This document shows, in pieces, positions 13,219-24,483 of a DNA stretch of 64,000 nucleotides. Location: positions 64,947-128,946 of the forward strand of contig QPGO01000113.1 in the NCBI GenBank assembly GCA_008632985.1, given 5' to 3'. Below the pieces are notes generated by a model that saw only the letters and a program-made list of their open reading frames with translations, searched no databases and was not told the DNA's origin. This DNA is from Psammoneis japonica (taxonomy: Eukaryota). Made by a program: the position numbers and the translations under genes. Numbering within the stretch: position 1 is the stretch's first letter; the number at the start of each line of letters is the position of its first letter.

Positions 13219-15186
13219 ATGGCCAGCGAGGAAGAGGCCAAGCCACATAGCGGTGGCTCCCCTGATCAATCTAGTAGCACCGTGAGTGCCTCTCCAAAGA
13301 AATCAAGAAATGAGAACGATCACAAAAAGACGGACCAGAATGAGAGGTTCTCTGTCCACATCAAGAAAGAATACGTCCTTTCACATCGACCGTCATCCCT
13401 ACCTCCACTGCCGGTAGATGCTGATACGAAGAGCAGCACAGACGACCGAGACAATCGCCATGGCAAGAATAGGAATCGTGGGAAGAAGAAGCGTCCTCGT
13501 GATTCAAGAACCGCAAATGCCGACAAAATATGCCTTAGCGTTCTTGCTGGGGAGGAATGCCAGTACGGCGCAGAAAAATGTCGATACTCTCACGACGTGA
13601 AAGAGATGCTGGCGAATCGTGAACCTGATATAACCCAAGTCGAAGGTGGATGCCCCAGATTCAACTTGTATGGGTTTTGTCCTCATGGTGTAATGTGTCG
13701 AATGGGTTCCAGTCACATCAACTCGAGCACCGGGGAGAATCTTAGAGACAGCAGCAAACAACAGCCCCCACCGATTATGAATGTGCTGTCAAAGGATGTA
13801 CAAACGGAACTTCGAACCAAGAAGTATCCGTTTAAGTGTAAGAGATACAATGAGAAAAGTGTTGATACTGCAACCGAACAGAATGCAGATGCTGCTGCAC
13901 CCAGTTCAGATTTTTCTCCTCTCCCCGTAAAAGAGAGAAAGTTGATTGACTTTTCAAACAAAGTATACGTGGCTCCCTTAACTACAGTTGGTAACCTGCC
14001 ATTTCGTCGCATCATGAAGCGCTTCGGTGCTGATATCACTTGCGGAGAAATGGCAGTCGCAAGCAACTTGTTGGAAGGCAAAGCGGGAGAGTGGGCACTC
14101 CTGAAGCGGCATCCTGAAGAAGACGTGTTTGGAGTGCAGATTGCTGCAGGATTTCCGGATCAGTGCACAAGAGTGTCTGAGCTTTTGGAGGCGCACACAA
14201 CTGTTGATTTTGTAGATCTCAACATGGGGTGCCCGCTTGATATCGTTTGCAACAGAGGAGCTGGATCCGCACTAATGTCAAAGCATAAGAGACTGAAGGT
14301 AAGGCGATCTCGCGAAATCAAAATGCCATTTGACGTCGACTGAAGCGTCGTTTCAAATTGCACGTCCTCACACAAAATCTCTGATATTCAGGCATGTTTA
14401 CAAGGTATGACAAGCACTTTGTCTTGTCCGGTAACTCTAAAGATGCGAACAGGCTGGGCGGACGACAAGCCTATTGCGCATCAATTGGTAGCAAAGGTTC
14501 AAAGCTGGGATCTTGGCATACCAGCAATCATGGTTCATGGACGGTCGCGTCTTCAACGATATTCGAACTTGGCCAACTGGGACTACATTTCGGAGGTGTC
14601 CGCAAGCCAAACCCCAGACTATCCTAGAATTCCCATTATTGGCAATGGGGATATCTTCTCGTACACCGACTACGAAGAAAGGGTGGCACGAGAGGGTTTA
14701 TCAGCGACGGCCATGCTTGCTCGTGGCGCTCTCATCAAACCTTGGCTCCCCACCGAGATAAAGGAGCGCCGCCATTGGGACATATCTGCTTCTGAACGTT
14801 TGGATTTTTTGAAAGACTTTGTTCGCTTCGGTTTAGAGCACTGGGGCTCAGACCAACAGGGTGTAAACAACACAAGACGATTCCTGTTGGAATGGCTATC
14901 TTTTTTGTATCGATATGTTCCTGTTGGAATCCTTGAAGTCATACCGCAGCACATGAATCACCGCTCTCCACTACATGTTTGCGGAAGATCTGACCTCGAG
15001 ACACTCATGCTCTCTAGAGAAGCGTGAGTCCCCATTTTGTCGATTGAACCCATGTGTGCTGTTGCTGGCGACTAACATTTGTTGTGAATTGCGTGCAGCT
15101 CCGACTGGATTGCAATTTCCGAAATGCTGTTGGGCCCCGTTCCACCGGGGTTTCAATTTGAGCCTAAGCACAAAGCCAGCGGATAG
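13219..15186 (+). CDS. DUS3L: tRNA-dihydrouridine(47) synthase 3-like (exons 13219-14298, 14392-15023, 15099-15186)
   Basis: Two CCCH fingers, APLTTVGNLPFRR, DFVDLNMGCP, HGRSRLQRY, GNGDI, ARGALIKPW, GLEHWGSD, and C-terminal DWIAISEMLLGPVP..F.F.PKHKA after two GT-AG introns. Confidence 0.95.
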
Positions 15187-15585
15187 GGAGACTGCACTAC
15201 TTCCTGAATGTGATAACTGAAGAACAGAGTGATTGAGCGGTCTCGTGTTTATCGCTTGTAGTTGTCTCACTTTGTCTTATGTTTATTGCTTGCATATGTT
15301 GGCAAGTTTAGCGACATTTTTTTGCGATAATTTTTTTGTTTTAAAAGCAACAGTAAATTATTATTACACAATGACACATGGATAATGTATTACATGTAAT
15401 GTCCCAAATTGTCAAAGGAAGGACAAAATGTCACTTTTTTCTGGTTATGCAATGTTTTCATGTGTGTTCCTGGCATGACAACATTTTTAATTTGCATCAG
15501 CTCTCTAAACAAGAATCTACAGAAAGCAACATTGACTTTCAGTTATTTCGCACACCACCAAAAAAGCCACCAACAGTGCCATTTT

Positions 15586-16262
15586 TTCATTGACCACTCA
15601 GTGGTTGGTGATTGCAGACTTTTTCGTGTCGGTCCGGCAGTCGGGCAGTCAGGGGGTCGGGCAGTCGGGGGGTCGGGCAATCGGGCAGTCGGGCAGTCCG
15701 TCCGAATTTGAAAGTGTGTCCCTCGGATTTTGAAATGGCATGGGGTGTTTGGTGCAAATGAATTGCACGGATTCTTGGAATGATCATTGAGGACATTAGA
15801 GGTCGTGGGGACATCCTAAAAAATCGACAAATTCCCTGCGACGGGTGTGTGGAACGTTTTTTCGGGAGAGCTCGAAAGTGCTGAAAAATTGGGATTGCCG
15901 GCATGGCATGTTGAAAAATGCACTCAGTTGTTGACAAAGACAGTTGATCGTGAATTCCATGCAAAACAGTCATGTGGGGGAAAACACATCGAACAACAAG
16001 TGAGTTTGTGCGATGCGCTGTTGTGGCGACAAATTGGAAAAAAGAGAGTCTGCGCACCTTGCTGCAGCCCCCAAAATGGCACGAGACATCAAACACAATG
16101 GTCATCCGTGTTGCCGGTGCGGTGGCCATGCCACTCTGCGCTGCGGCCACAATCTGCTGGCCATGGCAGCAGGGCCCTGCGTGCGTGCAGGCAACACAGC
16201 ATGCAACGGCACACACCCACAAAGAAAGACAAGTGGTCAATGCTCCCTGCAGGCCTGGTTTT
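15586..16262 (+). mobile_element. HINE/DINE-1-like element, copy 2 (TpA-depleted), with GTCGGGCA octamer array at ~15627-15700
   Basis: Reverse-complement homologue of 12528-13187; sub-TIRs at 15588 and 16232; terminal CCTGCAGGCCTGG-TTTT. Confidence 0.7.
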
Positions 16263-16616
16263 CTTGTTTGCTGCATGTCTGCTGCATTGCATTGGGGCTT
16301 GTGCTGCAGTTAAACAGAGCAAAAAAATTCCTGTGCCTTGACATGTGTTTCCCAGCTTCCTTCAGAGTGGAGCACCAGTCACAAGAAACCTGAAAAGCGA
16401 GTGAATGGAAACCCAAACAGACGTGCAGGTGCGCTGGTTGCAAGAAACAACAGGTCTTTGGGGCGCACATTTTGAAAGTCAGCATTTTCTTGTTGTTGAG
16501 TTTTTTGCTGGTGTTTTTTCTTCTTGTCAGCAGCATGTTGACAACAGCCCTCCTCTCCAGCAGAAAGCATGGCAGTTGACTTCTGCCATGTCCTTGGTTC
16601 CCATTGATGTTTGCCA

Positions 16617-19600
16617 TGACAGAAATTGAAGGCAAGTGGCAAGAATTCAAACAATGACTCCTCACTGCTGTCTAAACAGCAGATGAGTCTCCGCTCAGAG
16701 ACCGTTGCAGGAGCCGAAAGACGTGTGAGTTGGTGTGATCGGGCTGCTGTCATCATTCTTGTGAGCCGAAGTGGCTCAAAAGCAAACTGCATCATGCGTG
16801 CGCATGGAACTGAAGAGCACACAAAACTGTGCACGGTGAACTAAACAGCGCGCCACATGTCGCGTGCACCCAAATCCTGTTCAAATCCTGTCACTCCCCA
16901 GTTTGCTTGAAGAGTCACAGAAACAGATTCAAACTCGGATTGACTGAAGAACTTTGGAGTCAAAGCACCAAAAACATGAGGAGACAAGGAAGGATCAAGA
17001 TCCTGAAGCAACGTTGCATTCTCCAAGTGGGTCATCTTGAGATGAGCTGCGTCTCCCCAATTGCAGATGCCGTTGTGCTTTTCAAAGCTCAAGGCACACT
17101 TGGGATCTTGTGGGATTCCACATCCGCACTTGCAATGGAAGGAGCAAAGCTTGGTCTGGTTGACAATGTTGAACAGCGGGGCAACATCGCAGGACAATGC
17201 AAACAAGTTAACATCACCTTCACTCCCTGAGCAAAGGTCATGAAGAATGACAGCTGTCTGTTGGTTCTTGGAACGGTTGCCACACTGGGCTGCTGCCAGA
17301 AAAACAGAGCAGTGCTCGAGCAGGGTGGCATGGCATTTGCACGACTTGGGGAACAGAACAAGCATGAGTTCAAAGGCACAAGCAGCATCTCCTGAGAGAC
17401 TGATCCAATTGGAGGAATGACATCTTGTGGTGCAAGACTGCAGACATCTGATTGGGGCAACCAGTCCCGTGCTGCAAGACTTCTGGAATCCAAAAGGACT
17501 TGCCAGTCTTGTGACACGAGTCTTTGGGGATCCAATCAGGAGGCCAAGTCTTGAGGTGCGAGACTTGGGGGATCCAATTGGGGGGCCGAGTCTCGTGGCG
17601 CAAGGCTTGAGGGATCCAACCCGGAGGCCGAGTCTTGAGGTGCGAGACATGGAGGATCCAATCTGGAGGCCCAGTCTCGATGTACGAGACTTGAGGCATC
17701 CGATCAGGAGGCCCAGTCTCGAGGTGCGAGACTTGGGACATCCAATCAGGAGACCTGGTCTCAAGGTGCGAGACTTGAGGGATCCAATCCGGAGGCCTGG
17801 TCTCAAGGCACGAGACTTGGGGCATCCAGTCAGGAGGCCTGGTCTCGAGGTGCGAGACTTGGGGCATCCAACCAGGAGGCCCAGTCTCGAGGCACGAGAC
17901 TTGAGGCATCCAGTCAGGAGGCCTGGTCTCAAGGCACGAGACTTGGGGCATCCAGTCAGGAGGCCTGGTCTCGAGGTGTGAGACTTGGGGCATCCAACCA
18001 GGAGGCCCAGTCTCGAGGCACGAGACTTGAGGCATCCAGTCAGGAGGCCTGGTCTCAAGGTGCGAGACTTGGGGCATCCAATCAGGAGGCCTCGTCTCGT
18101 GGTGCGATGCTTGGAGGATCCAAAGACAAAGAAGCTGCTTGGATGTCCTGAACTCCCCATCTGATGAACCGGTTGAACTGCTGTGAACAGATTCAATGAT
18201 GTCAAAAGGAGGCTCCCCATCAGGAGATACGAGAAGCAAGTTGTCATCTCCATCACTTCCCAAACCAAGGTCGTGAAGGGTGACAGTGGTCGACACGTGG
18301 AGGTTGGCAGCACGTGGTTTGCGGGGTGCAAAGGCTGCAGCTTTGGAAGCCATGGGTGGAGTGTCCCAACTGGTTTTGAAGTGCGGGCCTGCGCAAGGGC
18401 TGCAATCCTGCACTGGGCCGAGTTTGCTTGCAGGCAGGTTGGTCAAGACATGCGGGGTGCGACTGACACCACTTCTTGGGGACACCTGAGTGGCGGCACA
18501 GTGCAAGGCTGGTGTAAAAATGGCACTGGGTTCACCTGGTTTGGAAGGCAAGGGACTCGGCACAGGTGCAGAGGGTGCTGCGCCAGTGGCCAGAGAGGTC
18601 AAGCAGTCCGGACCAAGGCGGCAGTCGCAAAATTCCTCGGGTGTGAGCAACTGGGGTTCATTGGTCACATCATCACCATTGCAAACTTTGACAAAGTAGA
18701 AGCTGATCAAAGCTGCCAGGAGGTTTCTGTAGGTCCATGGCAAAGGAACTACATTGGCGCCGTCTCTGCAAGTGAAACGTGAACAATTCCTCACACGATT
18801 AAATCCCGTTGATGGACAGGGCAGAACGAAGAGGGCTGTCATCGTCTTGATTGAGCACAGTGCCCAGAATGCATTTGAAGCTTTCGGTTTGTTGCTGTTG
18901 CATGAGAGCCATGACGGAGGACGGTGCAGCAGAAACAAAAGACAGGAGCCAATCTAGAGCGCGGTCTTGACTCGGAATTTTGGCTTGCAACTTGGCTTGA
19001 AAAAGACTTGACTTGAGCCAGACTTGACTTGAAATCTTGGACTGTCTTAAAATCAGAAGTTGCCGGGTTGTGTCACCCCGTTCGTTGTTGAGTGCCAAAC
19101 TTCCTGTCCGGTCCGCAGAGTTGTGCCGGCACATCTGAACCACAAACCCCTGCAGGCAAGCTGACTGGAGGTGGACAAGACCCCCGAACCATTCTCATTT
19201 TATGTCGGTTGGATTTCCCGATCAGGCTGGCCAGTTGACGCAGGCGTCAGACACTGTGGACGAACAAACAAACGTGGGAAAACACCCTCGCCCCAATGCA
19301 GGCTGCAATCATGGCTGCTTGCTCTCACAGTCGTCCTCGTGGACCTGGCAGAACTGCAGAGCACCAGCAGTCTGGGGTGGATCAGGTGCAATGGACTCGG
19401 TGTGCTTGTAGAGTGGCAGCAAAATGGCAGTCCAAAGAGTGGGTTCAAGTTCTTGGCCGTGAAGACATGTGTGTGTGTGTCTTCAGCAACGAAGATCTTG
19501 GAATGTGTGGGGTTCTTGACCGTCAACCGATGAGTGGGTGTGTCAAGAGATGAGGATCAAGGAGGGACTTGGATGTGACCATTGAGTGCATGTCTTCAGC

Positions 19601-19903
19601 AACAAAAGGTGGCACAATCAATCCAGACATCCAGCGGCAAGGAGACTTGACAGTGACGTTAAATTCCTGCCGATGCCTGGCATTGAATGCACGCAGACTT
19701 GCCGATGTACGCAGAACATGTGCGGAGGTCCACGCAGAATTGAGGTGGCATCGTCTGTAAATCAACGACGACGATGGCGGTTGCTCAATGGGTTGACAAT
19801 GAGCAAGACTGTCAATCTGACAGAAATTGAAGGCAAATGGCAAGAATTCAAACAATGACTCCTTGCTGCTGTCCAAACAGCAGATGAGTCTCCGCTCAGA
19901 GAC
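16617..19903 (+). repeat. 86-bp direct repeat pair (16617-16702 and 19818-19903) bracketing a 3.1-kb segment
   Basis: TGACAGAAATTGAAGGCAA.TGGCAAGAATTC...CCGCTCAGAGAC occurs twice with about 3 differing sites. Confidence 0.9.
17440..18115. repeat. 42-bp tandem repeat, ~15 units (reads PPDWMPQVSHLETR on the - strand)
   Basis: Unit TTGGGGCATCCAGTCAGGAGGCCTGGTCTCGAGGTGCGAGAC repeated head-to-tail without spacers, degenerating towards 17440. Confidence 0.92.
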
Positions 19904-22194
19904 AAAATTGAAGAACAACAAAAGATTCATGTTGTTTGTCAATTTGTCAGCACTGCAATTGTCCAAGACAAACAAAAGCAACACAAACAAAACAATCACA
20001 TTCAATTGATCTAAACGGTTAATTTCTGGACCACTGGGTTTTTGAGCAATTTTTTTGTCTTGCAATTGTTGTGTCATTGTCACTGACACTTGTGCTCATT
20101 TTTTGTCTTTTGTGCCAGAACACAAGGTGCCAAAGTGCTGCAAGCCCAAGTTTGAAGCTGACAAGCAGAAGAGATCTTGGGATGAGATTAAAAAAGAAGA
20201 GACTTGAGAAAATTTTGGACTTTTTGTGCCAGACGAAGATTGACAAGAGCCAACGGATTTTTGCGAAAGTTGTTTTGTCGCTTGGCGACTGAGCAGCACC
20301 TGCTTCCTTGAGTTTGTTTGGTCTTGTTTAACACAAAGAGCACATTCTGTGAGTTTTTGTTCTCTCAGTGCAGCTTCTGTCTTTTTGCTCTCATCTCCGT
20401 CCATTCTCGCCATTGTGCTGTTGTTTTCGTTGCCGCAATTGATGACGTCATTCTGCACCTCGCAGGTGAGAGAAATGGGCAATGCTGATGGTCATCAGTG
20501 ACACACCAAGTCCTGTCAGCAACAACTTGGCTGTGGTTGTCAAGCAACAAAGAGGAATTTCTGTTGGTTCTGGAGCAACGAGCCACCAAAGTTTTTCAAA
20601 GCATCTGCCACTCGCCCTCCAGAACATGGTGCAGAAGGCATGCTCCCATTGGTTTTGCAAAAGACACTTGAAATTGCTGGTGGCACTGTCAAATGTGCCC
20701 CCCATTGTTGTCTGAATTTGAAGTTGGTTCTTGCTCCAAACATGCAGCAGATGATTGAGAAAATGTGCGCAGCTGTTTCAGCAGAGAAACAAAACATGCC
20801 AGCAGACGGCAGCAGACAATCATCGAAGTGCTGAGCAATTGAACTGCAAGGGAATGACATGACACCCATGACATTAAAACAGAGCACATGAGATCCATTG
20901 GCAACAAAATCAATGCTTGTGTCTGTGTTGTTGCGGTGTGTCCTCTGACCAAAAGCACCTGAAAGCTGGGCAAAAGCCAAGCCCCAGGACTCCTCTGTCA
21001 ACGATTTTTTGATCATCATGTGCTGGACAAATCCAAAAACATCTTCCTGGCTCCAAGCCACCACAACACTGTTGCCTCAAAGAAGCAGGCGTCGCAATCC
21101 ATCTTCACAAACTTCCAAGCAAATTGGCAACAGCTTCATTTTCCACTCCAATGGTGTGTTTCTCCACCAGCTTTCTTTGCATTTCGGCTGTGAATGTGAT
21201 TTATTGGGGGGGGTTAATTTCGCGAAAAATTGGAGAAATGAGAAAAAGAGGGCTATAAAAAGGCAAAAACAAGGGGATTCCCCCCTTCAACCTTATTTGG
21301 GGCCTGGCCCCATCCAATTTCCCCGCGCGCCAAATACTGTAGTGGCCATACAAGACTAAATTCAACGGATAGCCGTTAAGTTCTAATCTCGCGCACGCAG
21401 TGCGCGGTTATTAGACTGTGTAAGCGGGTGTACGTGTGTGAGGTGTAAGTAGAATATACGTAGAATTACTACTGAGAGAGTTGACATGCGGTGGATTTTC
21501 CTCCGGTACACAATCTACGTGGTCTACGTGGAAGATGAATTTATGAACATCTGTAAGGCTTTTACATATCATTAAATTTTATTACACCTTTAAAATATAT
21601 ATACCCCAATTCAAAAGTCTCGCAGAACACCCCGAAAGAACTCTGGAATCTGCATAAAAAAATTTCTATTTAACGGTCCGAACAGGGTTGTCGCGAAGCG
21701 CTTCTCAAATTATCTACAGATTGTATATAGCTAAAACTCCACTATTACCAAAACAGAGTCACTATGGGCAAAATAGAAGTCCGTCCTTCGCGCGCAATAA
21801 CAGCAGCGCCTCACGACAACGCACAACAACACCATGGCGAGCAACGCGAACGCCGTTCACTTATCTACCAGCTGGTATTTCCAGATAAGATCAAACCTAT
21901 TGGACAATATTTATGCAATGTATTTCTGGGTCTAGTTGGGATTCTTCTCATTGCTTGTTTGCCGTGCCGTGTTACAACGTTTGACCCACGCCCACGCCGT
22001 GTTTTTTGCTTTGTTGCCTCTGCTCGCGCGCCACCAACAGCTTTTCCTGCAGGGTATGGCTAGTTGGATGGTCACATGGAACCCAAACGTGCGCGACCAA
22101 CTAGCCCTACCCCGGCTAACTCATAAGTACTTTATCCGTTGGGATATAGTTTATAAATAATATCACACGATAATCATCAAAACATTCGCGGACG

Positions 22195-22392
22195 GCGCAG
22201 ACCCACAAAGCACGCAGAATACAGCAGGACCATGGCTACTCTTTGGGATCGAATCATCACCGACGAAAGCTACAAACAATGGACCTCCCAGTTGGGAGTG
22301 GGTGCAGCGCAGGACCCACAAAGCACGCAGAATACAGCAGGACCATGGCTACTCTTTGGGATCGAATCACCGACGAAAGATACAAACAATGG
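22195..22392 (+). repeat. ~87-bp tandem duplication spanning the start codon (22195-22282 / 22307-22392), separated by a 24-nt filler
   Basis: GCGCAG(G)ACCCACAAAGCACGCAGAATACAGCAGGACCATGGCT...TACAAACAATGG present twice. Confidence 0.9.
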
Positions 22393-24483
22393 CTGATCAA
22401 TCGCCAGTTTGTCGCTGAAGAGTTCAATCAGATATCTTTGGTGGATAGAATCACCCTTCGTAATCAATTCGAGCAACAACAACAACAACAACAAGATGGT
22501 GAGTTGGAAGGTGGTGTCGTTCTGATCGAACGTCGACTCACTCTGGTGTGTTCTTCATTTCGAGCGGTTTAGGCAGCATGGTGCTGACGTTTTCGTTATG
22601 TGAATGGCACGGATCTTGAGTGCGTGAGGCGAGCATGATTCCTTGATGTGTTTGTTTTCGTCCTATTTCTCTCAATTTAGTTTGATTATTGATGCGTGCT
22701 ATTCAGCATGCATTCATATCACGCTGCTCTACATCGTTGTCCGCCTTTGTTTTTCTGTTGCTGCATGCAGTTTGCGTTGCGTGATTTTTGAGTTGTGTTA
22801 CTGTGTTCCCTGTTATCCTGCAACGCGTACTCATATCATCATCGTGGCGCTTCAAGTCTATTCTTTTTTGTTTGGAGGTGTTCTCGATCACTCAATCTCA
22901 CCAGTGCATTGGCTTGATGCTGCTGTGACAATACTCACCTATTTTCCCCTTTTCCAGGCCATTCGCCCCCCCCGGTTTCCCCGACGCGGTCTCGTGGGCA
23001 ACCAGAGGCTCCTCCTGCATCTGACGGGATGAAAGCTTCGAAGAAGCCAAGGATTTATAGCCTAGATCCTCCATCAAGCGAAAAAGAGCCTGGCCCCAAG
23101 TCGGCTCTGAAATATGTGGCGTCTGAGTCGCTCTACTGCTCGTCCAATCGGATGGCAATGGATGTGGTAAAACTACTCGAAATATCGTCGAAGGAAAATC
23201 TCGAGGACAAATACGAAGCCGCGGCCACCCACTTTTTAGCAGCACGTCAAGCTATATTGCAGCAAGCTCTGCGGGAGGAGCAAGTCAATCGGAATGAGCG
23301 ATTTTTTTCAAGCGCCTTCTGCGAGGCACTGAGTGCTGTTGTAGATGAGGGAATGTCTGTCCTGCATCAGGGATGCATTGGACATGGGCCTACACATTCT
23401 GATTTCTCTGCTCGCCATATTCTAGGTCCGCCAAGTACGACGCTCATGGTCGGGGAAGCAAAAGCCAACCACACAATGGACATTCGCGAAGAAACACGTG
23501 GCCAAGTTCTTAATGAACTGATTCGTCACCGCAAGATTGACGAAAAGCTTGGACGCGTGGATGGATCCCACCCAGTTCTCCTGTTGTCGCTGAACTTCTC
23601 GCTCGTAAAGCTGGATCTGGCCTTTCCCTCAAAAAAGGGGAATTCCATGGAGAAAAGAGGATGGTTGACATTCGAAAAAAGTCTTGTCGATGAAATGGAG
23701 ACGTTCTGGACTGTTCAGGTTGCATCGATAGATATTGGCGGTAACGAAGGAACAAAAAAACTCCCCATCGTTCTGCGATTCATTGTTGAAACTCTCCGAT
23801 ATTTGAAGAACTTGAAGCCTAAGCTACCTCGAGCACAGTTCAAAACTCCTTTTCTGACTGAGCCTGAGGAGGAACTGGAAGACGGGGAGAAACGCGGGGA
23901 TAATGTGACCATCATAAGCACGAAATCAGGAAAGCGTGTTTACAAAGAATTTTGCTACTATTTACGTGAAGAGGATGGCTTGAATAAGCTCACGTGGGGT
24001 GCTTTCAATCGAGCTGATCAGCGAAAGCCGCCAGATCGAGAGCTGCTGGAGAAGTTGGGCGAGCCATACTGCAACTGGAAAGTTGAAGCCGGGCCCTTTC
24101 AAATCAAGATTCTTTCGTATGACTTCATAGACGGAGGCAACTGGCCGACGTCGAGGAAAGCATGGTGCAAAGTGCTGGCGCAAGTGCAAACAATGCATGA
24201 ACTGGGATACGTCCATGGCGATTTGTTGCCACGGAATTTTATCTTTTCAGGGGAGTTTGGCTATGTGATTGACTTTGATTTGACGAGAAAGGAGGGCGAG
24301 CCTTATGTGAGTAGATACAATCACGAAGACTTCGCTCCTTATCGTCATGAAGATGCCAAAGCTTGCTGCAAGGTGGAAAAGAAACATGATGTTTGGGCCG
24401 TGAATGAGATGACCCGGGAGTTCTTTGGTCTCAGTGTGCCTCAAACTGTGGAAACAATCGATGCATTGATCCTTTTTTTTTGA
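22345..24483 (+). CDS. PD-(D/E)XK-like nuclease + protein-kinase-like protein, Crinkler/CR-effector-like (exons 22345-22498, 22958-24483)
   Basis: A phase-1 GTGAGT...TTTCCAG intron joins a short polyQ-ended exon in frame to the 484-aa ORF. HSDF...VGEAK...GQV REase-like motif; VYKEF, HELGYVHGDLLPRN, IDFDL, KHDVWA kinase motifs. Confidence 0.75.

Larger units (their letters stand above)
16270..21250. other. Unclassified degenerate repeat/TE complex, TpA-depleted
   Basis: TA nearly absent, many overlapping Cys/His-rich pseudo-ORFs, internal direct and tandem repeats, no family-diagnostic motif recognised. Confidence 0.55.

Noticed and set aside
17440..18115. Regular repeat array resembling CRISPR
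   Set aside because: Head-to-tail 42-bp units with no unique spacers, no cas genes, eukaryotic context.
21290..21341. Possible Tc1/mariner-like end (reverse complement TA|CAGTATTTGGCGCG) at a domain boundary
   Set aside because: No matching opposite TIR or transposase motif found in the window.
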